Assembly (NCBI GenBank): GCA_029864405.1
Contig: JAOTTP010000004.1
Span: 22,047 to 86,046, forward strand
Reading direction: 5' to 3'
DNA: 64,000 nucleotides
Source: Nitrospirota bacterium
GTDB lineage: Bacteria > Nitrospirota > Nitrospiria > Nitrospirales > UBA8639
Part shown: piece after piece, positions 9,307 through 17,843 of the stretch
How the letters are laid out: every line of letters starts with the position of its first letter
Position numbering within the stretch: the stretch's first letter is position 1
The notes under the pieces: model-generated
The model's input: the letters and a program-made list of their open reading frames with translations, nothing else
Database searches by the model: none
What the model was told of the DNA's origin: nothing
Translations under genes and position numbers: made by a program

Positions 9307-10518
9307 GTGATACCGTTCCGCTTGTGGTGCCTGGCGGCGCTATCCTGCCTGGCCGCGGCGGGAGGTGTTGTTCCCTCATCCGTCGTCCTGGCCGAAAATT
9401 CTTTTTTTGTGGTTCCTGCGTTTTCTACTTCCAAAAATGACGGGCAAGACTTTGGGCTGATTGCGCCGGTATTAAATTCAGATGCGGAAGGTAACCTACG
9501 GTCTCTTTTTGCCCCGATGCTGATTCATAATTCGTTTTTGGGAGTCCGGGGAACTTTGAACTATTTTCATTATTGGTCAGGTGGAAGCCAAATGGAGGCG
9601 GTCGGTTCCTATACCGAGGAGATTGAGCGAGAGCTCAAGTTTCGTTTCCAGGACCCGGGGTTTATCGAAGGGTTGTTCTTTGTCGATATTGGAGCACAAT
9701 TTTTCAAAAATGCGACCAAGCGGTTTTATGGCTTAGGGCAAACCACTCCCCAAGATAATGAAACGAATTATACCGGTCGTGAAATTCAGGTCCATTGGAA
9801 TTTTGGAATCCATCTAAATGATGTGACGCGGTTGTCGGTCAACCAAAGGTTTCGAGATGTAAAAATTCATCCGGGAGGCGTAGATAGCGAGCCATATACT
9901 CAGGATCGGTTTCCAGGGGAACCGGGGATAAAAGGTGCGAAGATTTTGGCTCACCGCCTCGTGTTTCAATATGACTCTAGGGATAACCTCAATACCCCCA
10001 CGGCAGGCACCCGCTTTGAAGCGTTTGGGGAATTGGCGCAGAACTTTGATCGCGGGAAGGAAGACGATCTTTTGTATTTTCGCTCAGGATTTGACCTCAG
10101 GAAACTAATTCCGAGTCCCTCAAAGCGGTATATTTTTGTGGCCAGGGCTATGCTGCAATTAAGTTTTGGCGATGGGATACCCTTTTACGAACAAAGTTCC
10201 TTGGGAGGAGAAGACAACCTGAGAGGATATGGGAGGGATCGGTTTATTGATAAACATATGGTGGCGTTTAATGCGGAAGAGCGTATTCATCTGTTTGGAA
10301 TGAAGATGTTTAACGTCAATATGGAATGCGAAATGGTGCCCTTTGTGGATATAGGGAGGACCTATCGAGACTTTAAATTTCGCCAATTTCATGACTGGGA
10401 AATTACGCCTGGGGTGGGATTTCGCGCAATTGTCCGCCCCAATGTCATGGCCAGGGTGGATTGGGGGTACAGCAGGGAAGGCGGAGCCGTGTTTGCGGGG
10501 CTCAACTATCCCTTTTGA
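9307..10518 (+). CDS. Omp85/BamA-TamA family outer-membrane beta-barrel without POTRA domains
   Basis: Signal peptide, YDSRDN..PT.G, SLGG...LRGY motif, amphipathic strands, C-terminal Phe (GLNYPF). Confidence 0.8.
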   Translation: MIPFRLWCLAALSCLAAAGGVVPSSVVLAENSFFVVPAFSTSKNDGQDFGLIAPVLNSDAEGNLRSLFAPMLIHNSFLGVRGTLNYFHYWSGGSQMEAVGSYTEEIERELKFRFQDPGFIEGLFFVDIGAQFFKNATKRFYGLGQTTPQDNETNYTGREIQVHWNFGIHLNDVTRLSVNQRFRDVKIHPGGVDSEPYTQDRFPGEPGIKGAKILAHRLVFQYDSRDNLNTPTAGTRFEAFGELAQNFDRGKEDDLLYFRSGFDLRKLIPSPSKRYIFVARAMLQLSFGDGIPFYEQSSLGGEDNLRGYGRDRFIDKHMVAFNAEERIHLFGMKMFNVNMECEMVPFVDIGRTYRDFKFRQFHDWEITPGVGFRAIVRPNVMARVDWGYSREGGAVFAGLNYPF

Positions 10519-10579
10519 TGCAGATAATGTGATGGTCTATCTGCAATGCATGGGAAACATATACTCGAGATCCAAGAAG

Positions 10580-11335
10580 ATGAATCGTTATGTGGGGATT
10601 GGGTTGCTCTCTCTGGTGGTAGGTGTCCTTTCTCTGCCTTGTGGGGCATTGCGGGGTGAGGATTCAACCGATCAGCAATATCCCGAGGATCTCGAAAGAG
10701 AGCTCACGAACTTGGTGATGGAAGGGGCAGCACATTCAACCGACCTGACGCGGTTGCTTCGGTTGGCCGGTTTGTATTTGGATCTGGGCTATGGGGTGTA
10801 TGTTGGTCGGGAGCAAAAATTAGCGGCTTTTCAGGAGGGAGCCCGGGTTGCCCAAAAAGCCCTGAATCTTCGTGAGTCTTCTGCGGATGCCCATTTTTTG
10901 TATGCCGCCAATCTCGGTAGTGCTGCGGAGTTGGAGGGATTGGTCGCAGCGGCCTTGACGATTCAAGAGTTAAAGGATCACGTGCATCGGGTGTTGGAAC
11001 TTGATGAACGGAATGCCCAGGCTCACCATATGTTAGGGCGGATGTATGAGGAATTACCCTGGGTGTTAGGGGGCGATCAGGAAGCGGCAGGGGATCACTT
11101 GAAGAAGGCGGTTTCTCTTGATAACCAGTATGCCCCGGCGGGGCTGGATCTCGCGAGGTGGTACATGAAGCACGGGCAAAGCCGGGAGGCAGTGAGGGAA
11201 TTAACGCGGGTGGTTGACACGCCACCTCTTGTAAAACGATGGATATGGGAACGAATGCATCGACCGGAAGCCCAGGCCTTGCTGCGGCAGCTTGCCAGTC
11301 TGGAAGGTACCGCCCGTTCCAGTGGTCATCCGTAA
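10580..11335 (+). CDS. Exported TPR protein (TatT/RMDN-like helical repeat)
   Basis: Signal peptide from ATG 10580; ADAHFLYAANLG and AHHMLGRMYEELPWVLGGD TPR motifs. Confidence 0.65.
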   Translation: MNRYVGIGLLSLVVGVLSLPCGALRGEDSTDQQYPEDLERELTNLVMEGAAHSTDLTRLLRLAGLYLDLGYGVYVGREQKLAAFQEGARVAQKALNLRESSADAHFLYAANLGSAAELEGLVAAALTIQELKDHVHRVLELDERNAQAHHMLGRMYEELPWVLGGDQEAAGDHLKKAVSLDNQYAPAGLDLARWYMKHGQSREAVRELTRVVDTPPLVKRWIWERMHRPEAQALLRQLASLEGTARSSGHP

Positions 11336-11353
11336 CGACGGGGATCCTGATGC

Positions 11354-11392
11354 TTGACACGCTATATCAGCTATGGGAAAATTTTAGCTGAT
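11354..11392 (+). promoter_or_regulatory. sigma70 promoter of dxs with overlapping inverted repeat
   Basis: TTGACA-17 bp-GAAAAT; ATCAGCTA-N11-TAGCTGAT brackets the -10. Confidence 0.5.
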
Positions 11393-11461
11393 CATGTCCA
11401 AATGGATCTTTTCTAGTTATTCCCATACAACACATTACGTTCTTTCAAGAAAGGATGCGCA

Positions 11462-13357
11462 ATGTCCTTGCTAAAAAGGATTGAAAGTCCAGCAGATTTA
11501 AAGAAACTTTCTCGGGATCAATTTCCTGAACTCTGTCAGGAAATTCGGGAACTGATTATAGAAGTGATCTCCCATGTGGGTGGGCATTTAGCCTCCAATT
11601 TAGGTGTGGTGGAGCTGACGGTGGCTTTGCACTATTTATTGAACGCACCGGACGATAAAATTGTCTGGGATACCGGTAATCAGGCCTACACGCATAAATT
11701 GTTAACGGGCCGTCGTGAACAGTTTCATACGGTCCGCCAGTTTGGGGGTATAAGCGGGTTTTGTAAACGAGAAGAAAGCATCTATGACACGTTTAATGCC
11801 GGACATGCTGGAACCGGGGTGTCCGCTGCTGTGGGCTTTGTGGAAGCTCGTGAGCAATTAGGCAAATCAAATAAGGTGGTTTGCGTGGTAGGAGACGGGG
11901 CCCTCACTGCTGGAATGACATTGGAAGGACTGCAACATGCTGGAGATATGGGCCGGGATTGTGTGGTGATTCTGAATGATAACCAAATGTCGATTTCCCG
12001 AAACGTCGGAGCGATTTCCGCCTATCTGAATCGGACCTTTACCGGGGAGTTCTACACAAGGCTTCGGGAGGAAACTTCTCAACTCCTGGAAACCATTCCG
12101 CAAATTGGAGAACCCGTGAAGCGAATGGCTATTCGGGCCGAAGAACTGGCTAAAGGCTTCCTGCTACCGGGTTTGTTGTTTGAAGAATTAGGATTTCGAT
12201 ATGTTGGTCCGATTGATGGACACAATTTTGAGCATTTACTGCCGACGTTGGAGAATGTCTTGAAATTAAAAGGGCCAACTCTCCTGCACGTGATTACCAA
12301 AAAAGGATTAGGCTTTCAGCCGGCCATGAAGAATCCTGTATGGTTTCATGCCTGTTCTCCTTTTGATGCGAAAACCGGGCAACCGATGAAAAAGCCCGGT
12401 CATCCTTCGTATAGCTCTGTTGCTGCCAAAACACTGATTCGTCAAGCCAAAAAAGATAACCGTGTGGTGGTCATTACGGCTGCGATGTGCGAGGGAACAG
12501 GAATGTCTGAGTTTGAAAAGGAGTTTCCCTCCCGGTTAATTGATGTAGGGATTGCCGAGCAACATGCGGTGACCTATGCGGCCGGTCTCGCCGCTGATAA
12601 TATGCGGCCGGTTATTTGTATGTACTCCACCTTTCTGCAGCGGGCCTATGATCAGGTTGTGCATGATGTGGCAACCCAAAATCTTCCGGTGACCTTTTGT
12701 ATTGATCGAGGAGGATTGGTGGCGGAAGACGGAACGACCCATCATGGGGCTTTTGATTTTGCGTTTCTGCGGCATGTTCCCAATATGGTGATTATGGCGC
12801 CAAAAGATGAAAATGAACTTCAGCATATGGTGCAAACAGGATTGGTGCATGATGGGCCGGTGGCGGTCCGATACCCTCGCGGCAGTAGCTTGGGGGTGCC
12901 CTTAGATTCTGAGCCAATTCCTCTTTCCATTGGTCAGGGTGAGTTGTTGTCTGATGGGCGAGATGTGGCGATCATCGCCATTGGGGTTATGGTTTCAGAG
13001 GCCATGAAAGCGGCTGAGCGCTTACAAGAAGAAGGCGTGTCGGTGGCTGTCATTAATGCACGGTTTGTGAAGCCTCTAGATAAAAACCTTATTCGAGAAA
13101 TTGCCAAAAAAGTCAAATGTTTTATCACCGTGGAAGAAGGATGCCGAATGGGCGGGTTTGGCTCGGCCGTATTAGAGTTTTTATCAGAGGAAGAATGTTG
13201 GGGTATGCCGACCAAAGTACTCGGGTTGCCCGATTGGTATATTGAGCAAGGGCCTCAGGATTTGCTCCGGGAAAAGTATGGGCTCACGGCGGATGGGATT
13301 TATGATCAGGCCAAAGCGTTATATGACCGGGTTTCTCTGCAAGCGGTGATACGATAG
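11462..13357 (+). CDS. dxs: 1-deoxy-D-xylulose-5-phosphate synthase
   Basis: GGHLASNLGVVEL, ThDP motif GDGA..NDN, GIAEQHAV, STFLQRAYDQ, DGTTHHG. Confidence 0.97.
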   Translation: MSLLKRIESPADLKKLSRDQFPELCQEIRELIIEVISHVGGHLASNLGVVELTVALHYLLNAPDDKIVWDTGNQAYTHKLLTGRREQFHTVRQFGGISGFCKREESIYDTFNAGHAGTGVSAAVGFVEAREQLGKSNKVVCVVGDGALTAGMTLEGLQHAGDMGRDCVVILNDNQMSISRNVGAISAYLNRTFTGEFYTRLREETSQLLETIPQIGEPVKRMAIRAEELAKGFLLPGLLFEELGFRYVGPIDGHNFEHLLPTLENVLKLKGPTLLHVITKKGLGFQPAMKNPVWFHACSPFDAKTGQPMKKPGHPSYSSVAAKTLIRQAKKDNRVVVITAAMCEGTGMSEFEKEFPSRLIDVGIAEQHAVTYAAGLAADNMRPVICMYSTFLQRAYDQVVHDVATQNLPVTFCIDRGGLVAEDGTTHHGAFDFAFLRHVPNMVIMAPKDENELQHMVQTGLVHDGPVAVRYPRGSSLGVPLDSEPIPLSIGQGELLSDGRDVAIIAIGVMVSEAMKAAERLQEEGVSVAVINARFVKPLDKNLIREIAKKVKCFITVEEGCRMGGFGSAVLEFLSEEECWGMPTKVLGLPDWYIEQGPQDLLREKYGLTADGIYDQAKALYDRVSLQAVIR

Positions 13358-13366
13358 TCTATTCTC

Positions 13367-14563
13367 GTGTATATTTCTCGACGAAAAACCAAACAAATCC
13401 AGGTCGGATCGGTCAAGATTGGTGGCGATGCCCCCATTTCGGTTCAGTCTATGACGATTCCTCATCCGAGGGATGTGGCTGGGACCATAGAGCAAATTCA
13501 GCGGTTAGAGAGAGCTGGGTGTGAATTGATTAGGGTGGCCGTGCCCGATATGGAAGCGGTTGATGCGCTTCCAAAAATAAAATCACAAATGACGGCACCC
13601 TTGATCGCGGATATCCATTTCGACCATCGTCTTGCTCTGAAAGCCGCAAAAGTTGTGGACTGTGTCCGTATTAATCCCGGCAATATCGGTCCCTGGTGGA
13701 AAACGGAAGAGGTGATTCAGGCCGTCAATGACAATGGCATTCCACTCAGAATTGGGGTGAATGGTGGTTCATTGGAGAAGCATCTTCTTGAAAAATACGG
13801 CTATCCCACCGCGGAAGCTCTTGCCGAGTCGGCGCTGAATGCAGTTCATGCTCTCGAGGATGTTGGGTTTACCAATATGAAGGTGTCCTTGAAGGCCTCT
13901 GATGTGCACATGGCGATGGATGCCTATTGGTTGTTTGCCCAACAATCTAATTACCCCTTGCACATTGGCATTACCGAAGCAGGGACGGCGATGACCGGCG
14001 CGGTGAAATCTGCCATTGGATTAGGTTGGCTGCTTTCTCAGGGAATCGGCGATACCCTTCGCGTCTCTTTAGCAGCCGATCCAGTGGAAGAAGTCAAGGT
14101 GGGATTTGAAATCTTGAAATCGTTGGAGCTTCGCCACCGAGGCGTCAATGTGATTGCCTGCCCTACATGTGGGCGAGTGGAAATTGATGTCGTGAAAATG
14201 GCTAATGAATTAGAGCATCGACTGGGGCATATCACGACCCCCATCACTGTATCCGTCTTGGGTTGCGTGGTGAATGGAATTGGCGAAGGGAAAGAAGCTG
14301 ATATTGGAATAGCCGGAGGCCAAGGAGTAGGGATTCTGTTTAAAAAAGGAAAATTGTATAAACGTGTGCCATCTGAAGAGCTCCTTGATACCTTGATCGA
14401 AGAAGTGGAGTTGATGGCCAAAGAGCAAGGTGGTGAAGGGCTGAATGTCCATGCTCCCGAGACATCTGAAGACACCCCCATCGATCTTTCCTCCATGGAG
14501 GATCTTTCCTTAAGCTCCATACGATCTACTTCCAGAGAACTTCCTGTCTTGCCCCGTCAGTAA
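13367..14563 (+). CDS. ispG: HMBPP synthase (GcpE)
   Basis: PISVQSM, ADIHF, RINPGN, RIGVNGGSL, CPTCGR, GCVVNG; acidic C-terminal tail. Confidence 0.97.
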   Translation: MYISRRKTKQIQVGSVKIGGDAPISVQSMTIPHPRDVAGTIEQIQRLERAGCELIRVAVPDMEAVDALPKIKSQMTAPLIADIHFDHRLALKAAKVVDCVRINPGNIGPWWKTEEVIQAVNDNGIPLRIGVNGGSLEKHLLEKYGYPTAEALAESALNAVHALEDVGFTNMKVSLKASDVHMAMDAYWLFAQQSNYPLHIGITEAGTAMTGAVKSAIGLGWLLSQGIGDTLRVSLAADPVEEVKVGFEILKSLELRHRGVNVIACPTCGRVEIDVVKMANELEHRLGHITTPITVSVLGCVVNGIGEGKEADIGIAGGQGVGILFKKGKLYKRVPSEELLDTLIEEVELMAKEQGGEGLNVHAPETSEDTPIDLSSMEDLSLSSIRSTSRELPVLPRQ

Positions 14564-14611
14564 GGATTCCAGCCTTTTTAGGACTAAGGAAAGAGAAAGC
14601 CGGACTTTCTC

Positions 14612-14641
14612 TTGTACAAGAGAAAATAGACTCCTTATAAT
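14612..14641 (+). promoter_or_regulatory. Promoter for tRNA-Cys/hpnH
   Basis: TTGTAC-18 bp-TATAAT ending 11 bp before the tRNA. Confidence 0.55.
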
Positions 14642-14652
14642 GAGTGCGTGAG

Positions 14653-14728
14653 GGCGCCGTACCCAAGTGGCTAAGGGAGCAGTCTGCAAAACTGCGATTC
14701 AGCGGTTCGAACCCGCTCGGCGCCTCCA
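14653..14728 (+). tRNA. tRNA-Cys(GCA)
   Basis: GGCGCCG/CGGCGCC acceptor stem, GCAGT-CTGCAAA-ACTGC anticodon arm, GGTTCGAAC T-loop, encoded CCA. Confidence 0.97.
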
Positions 14729-14825
14729 TTGATTCTGTCTAAGCCCAGCTTGGCAATAGTATATGTAGGGAACAGATGCGAGTCGTCTTGAACTATGGTG
14801 AATATCTCCAAGGAGTAAAATAACA

Positions 14826-15842
14826 ATGGCGGTACCTGTGTCTCAAATGTACACCGTAGCTCAATATGCCCTCTCACAGCACTTGCGGGGTGTGAAGCGA
14901 TATCCCCTTGTGCTGATGTTAGAGCCGCTCTTTCGGTGCAATCTGGAATGTGCAGGGTGTGGGAAAATCCAATACCCGGATCACATTTTAAATCGGCGCC
15001 TGACGCCTGAGCAATGTTGGGCTGCCGCTGATGAATGTGGCGCGCCCATTGTGAGTATTCCTGGTGGAGAGCCGCTGATTCATCCAGAAATGCCAGCCAT
15101 TGCCGAAGGGCTTGTGAAGCGAAAGAAATATGTGTATCTCTGTACAAATGCCATTCTGCTTGAACGAAAATTACAGGACTATACGCCTTCGAAATACCTC
15201 ACATTCAGCATCCATATGGATGGTCTCAAGGAAGAGCATGACCATGCCGTTTGCCGAGATGGCGTCTATGACGTTGCCGTGAAAGCTATTAAAGCCGCTT
15301 TGGCCAAAGGTTTTCGGGTGACGACCAATACGACATTATTTAATGATGCGGCGCCTGCTCGTGTCAGGAGATTTTTTGATGAAATGATGGAGTTGGGTGT
15401 GGAAGGCATGATGATTTCTCCTGGGTATAGTTATGAAAAGGCTCCAGATCAGCATAGTTTTTTGAGCCGTGATCGCACACATTCGTTATTTGTGCAATTG
15501 CTGGCTCAACGAAAACGCACTTGGCAGTTTAACCAATCTCCGTTATTCCTGGAATTCCTGATGGGAAAACGGGAGTATGAATGCACCCCCTGGGGGAATC
15601 CCACATACAATATTTTTGGGTGGCAGCGCCCCTGTTATTTATTACAGGATGGGTACGCATCCACTTTTCGAGAATTAATGGAAGAAACGGAGTGGGAGCG
15701 CTATGGAACGGGACGACATGAACAATGCCGTGATTGTATGGTGCATTGTGGGTATGAAGCCTCGGCCGTGAAAGATACCTTCAGCTCATGGGGTGGGTTT
15801 TTTGGCACCGTCAGGGCGACCCTGTTTCCCAATGCTGTGTGA
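14826..15842 (+). CDS. hpnH: Radical SAM adenosylhopane synthase
   Basis: PLVLMLEPLFRCNLECAGCGKI (CxxxCxxC), CTPWGNPT, CRDCMVHCGYE. Confidence 0.96.
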   Translation: MAVPVSQMYTVAQYALSQHLRGVKRYPLVLMLEPLFRCNLECAGCGKIQYPDHILNRRLTPEQCWAAADECGAPIVSIPGGEPLIHPEMPAIAEGLVKRKKYVYLCTNAILLERKLQDYTPSKYLTFSIHMDGLKEEHDHAVCRDGVYDVAVKAIKAALAKGFRVTTNTTLFNDAAPARVRRFFDEMMELGVEGMMISPGYSYEKAPDQHSFLSRDRTHSLFVQLLAQRKRTWQFNQSPLFLEFLMGKREYECTPWGNPTYNIFGWQRPCYLLQDGYASTFRELMEETEWERYGTGRHEQCRDCMVHCGYEASAVKDTFSSWGGFFGTVRATLFPNAV

Positions 15843-15931
15843 GGCCTCTTTTCTTTGTCTTTTCTTTCCCTTCGTCAACTCTGGATCATCTGGAAATCGT
15901 CTCAACGTTTAGCTGTAAGTAAAGGGTCATC

Positions 15932-16279
15932 ATGGGTTCAGACGTGTCCTCAATCAGTACCACTCAATCATGGGAAGGCCGCCATCTGCAGCCTTCCAAT
16001 GACAAAGAATTGCACGAAGCCATAGGTCGCGCGTTTGATTATCGAGGCGATGTGACGATTCAACTCAAAACGGGGGAGCAGGTCATGGGGTATGTGTTTG
16101 ATCGCCAGGATGAGGCTCCTCAGTCGTATGTGAAGCTATATCTGCCAGAGGGTCACGAACCGCGCATGGTTTTATACCAGGAGATTGCTGGAATCGTATT
16201 TTCGGGGGAAGATACGGCGTTTGGTCGATCGTGGGAGGACTGGGCGCAAAAGTGGAAGAAGCCAGAGGCAAGCTCTTAG
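15932..16279 (+). CDS. Hypothetical protein, possible Sm/LSm-like beta fold
   Basis: Follows hpnH on the same strand; FDYRGDVTIQLKTGEQVMGYVFDR resembles an Sm1-type strand pattern. Confidence 0.65.
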   Translation: MGSDVSSISTTQSWEGRHLQPSNDKELHEAIGRAFDYRGDVTIQLKTGEQVMGYVFDRQDEAPQSYVKLYLPEGHEPRMVLYQEIAGIVFSGEDTAFGRSWEDWAQKWKKPEASS

Positions 16280-16550
16280 CGACACGGTTCACGCAAGCAT
16301 TTTTCCCATTCAACGTTTCCAGTCATCTATATTATCCAAAACAGGTTTTCCATTTAAGCTGACTCCAGGTTGGATGGAAAATTTCCTCCTCTCTCGGCTC
16401 ATGGCCTGGTATGTTTTTTCTTTGAAAACCCAGTCAAGGCGAGTGGTCAACAGCACGCAAGAACCGAAGAATTTATTGACGATTGGCTCCTGACTGTGAT
16501 AAAAGTCCAGACCTTTTTGGGCTCAAGAAACCTCTGTAGCCCGAAATATT

Positions 16551-17156
16551 TTGACTGGGATTGAGGGATTGCTAGGGGACTTTCATTGGAAGATATTGGA
16601 AGGCTTGCGAAACCTGAAGGATGTACGGTGTAGGCATGTTGTGCAATCCCGTCGTTTCGTTCTAGCTGTAGTTCTTTCCCTTTGGACCCTTTTTCCGGTG
16701 AGTGTGCTGTATGCACTTCATGAAGTTGACCATCGCTTTACGGTCCAGGGTCGAATTTGTGGCAATGACGGCGATGGCATAGAAGCGGCTGTCGTTTCCG
16801 TGAAGAATACTCGGGCGGATATTTCTGGGAATGGGAAAGCAGACAGCGATGGGTTCTACAAAGTCGTTCTTCACTTGCACAATGAGAACCAAGGCGATCC
16901 CTTGGTTATTCAGTCTGGAGCGTTTGAGTCGACAGGGCGAGTTGAGCTTGACCCCAATGATCCGAACACAGAGCGCATTGTTACAGTTAATTTGGGCAAA
17001 CCGTGCCGTGCCCTTCCGTTTTGGCGCCAGACTTGGGCTCTTGCTGGGGTAGTCGCTCTATTTGGGGTTGCCATGATTATGGCTATTCGACAGATGGGTG
17101 GGAAAAAGGGGAAAGGGCTCGATGGGTCACAAAAGAGGAAAAGCCGAAAGAAATAG
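16551..17156 (+). CDS. Exported, C-terminally anchored beta-sandwich protein (carboxypeptidase-regulatory-like); start probably further downstream
   Basis: Hydrophobic signal, FTVQGRI..V.V...ADSDGFY pattern, C-terminal TM and Lys-rich tail. Confidence 0.6.
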   Translation: MTGIEGLLGDFHWKILEGLRNLKDVRCRHVVQSRRFVLAVVLSLWTLFPVSVLYALHEVDHRFTVQGRICGNDGDGIEAAVVSVKNTRADISGNGKADSDGFYKVVLHLHNENQGDPLVIQSGAFESTGRVELDPNDPNTERIVTVNLGKPCRALPFWRQTWALAGVVALFGVAMIMAIRQMGGKKGKGLDGSQKRKSRKK

Positions 17157-17259
17157 TGTGCGCTTGAAGCGCTTCTGGTCCTAAGTCCAAGAGAAGCTAT
17201 GAGTTTGGTGAGGAATGTCGAATATGGAAAATCAGGATTCAGGTAAACGAGGGGGAACA

Positions 17260-17835
17260 ATGAACGAGTATCAAAAAGTCAAAAGTCTTTTAGTCAGTGG
17301 ACTGGCCGTCCTAGGCTTATCGATGTCAGCATGTGGTGGTGGTGAAGGTCCGCCGAAACCGCCTCCTCCTGCTCCACCGGAATATGCGGATAAGCATATG
17401 CCCGAAGGTTATTGGAATAATCCGGAAATCGTGGAAGAGGGGAAAGCGATCTTTACCGGTACGCAGAATATTGATGTGAATTGCGCGAGTTGCCATGGGA
17501 AAGACGGGAAGCCAGTCAAAGCCGGTGCCCGGGATTTCCGACGAACGGAGCAAATGGAGCTTTACTCGGATTCAGTATGGTTTTGGCGAGTAAGCGAAGG
17601 TGTGACTGGAACCAAAATGAAAGCCTGGAAGAGCAAGCTTTCTGAAGATGCCATCTGGAAAGTCATTGCCTTTGAAGCAACCTTTGGCCTCAACGGGAAG
17701 GAATATGACGTGGCGAATAAAAAATGGGTTCCGGCTGGAACGGCTGGTGCAGCACCTGCGGCTGAAGCGCCAGCGTCCGAGGCGCCAACTGCCGAGGCAC
17801 CTGCCGGTGGAGAGGCTGAAAAAGCTGCAGAGTAA
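17260..17835 (+). CDS. Monoheme cytochrome c lipoprotein
   Basis: Lipobox MSAC, CASCH, distal Met in GTKMKAW, Ala/Pro/Glu tail. Confidence 0.88.
   Translation: MNEYQKVKSLLVSGLAVLGLSMSACGGGEGPPKPPPPAPPEYADKHMPEGYWNNPEIVEEGKAIFTGTQNIDVNCASCHGKDGKPVKAGARDFRRTEQMELYSDSVWFWRVSEGVTGTKMKAWKSKLSEDAIWKVIAFEATFGLNGKEYDVANKKWVPAGTAGAAPAAEAPASEAPTAEAPAGGEAEKAAE
17752..17811 (+). repeat. Four degenerate 15-bp coding repeats (APxxE units)
   Basis: gcacctgcggctgaa / gcgccagcgtccgag / gcgccaactgccgag / gcacctgccggtgga. Confidence 0.55.
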
Positions 17836-17843
17836 TCCAGGAA

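Noticed and set aside
10704-11360. 218-aa minus-strand ORF and other long shadow ORFs (44062..44763, 20852..21421, 14038..14520)
   Set aside because: They lie antisense to well-supported genes, have biased composition and show no motifs.
14526-14729. ORFs overlapping tRNA-Cys (and 30777..31097 overlapping tRNA-Thr)
   Set aside because: Explained by the tRNA genes.
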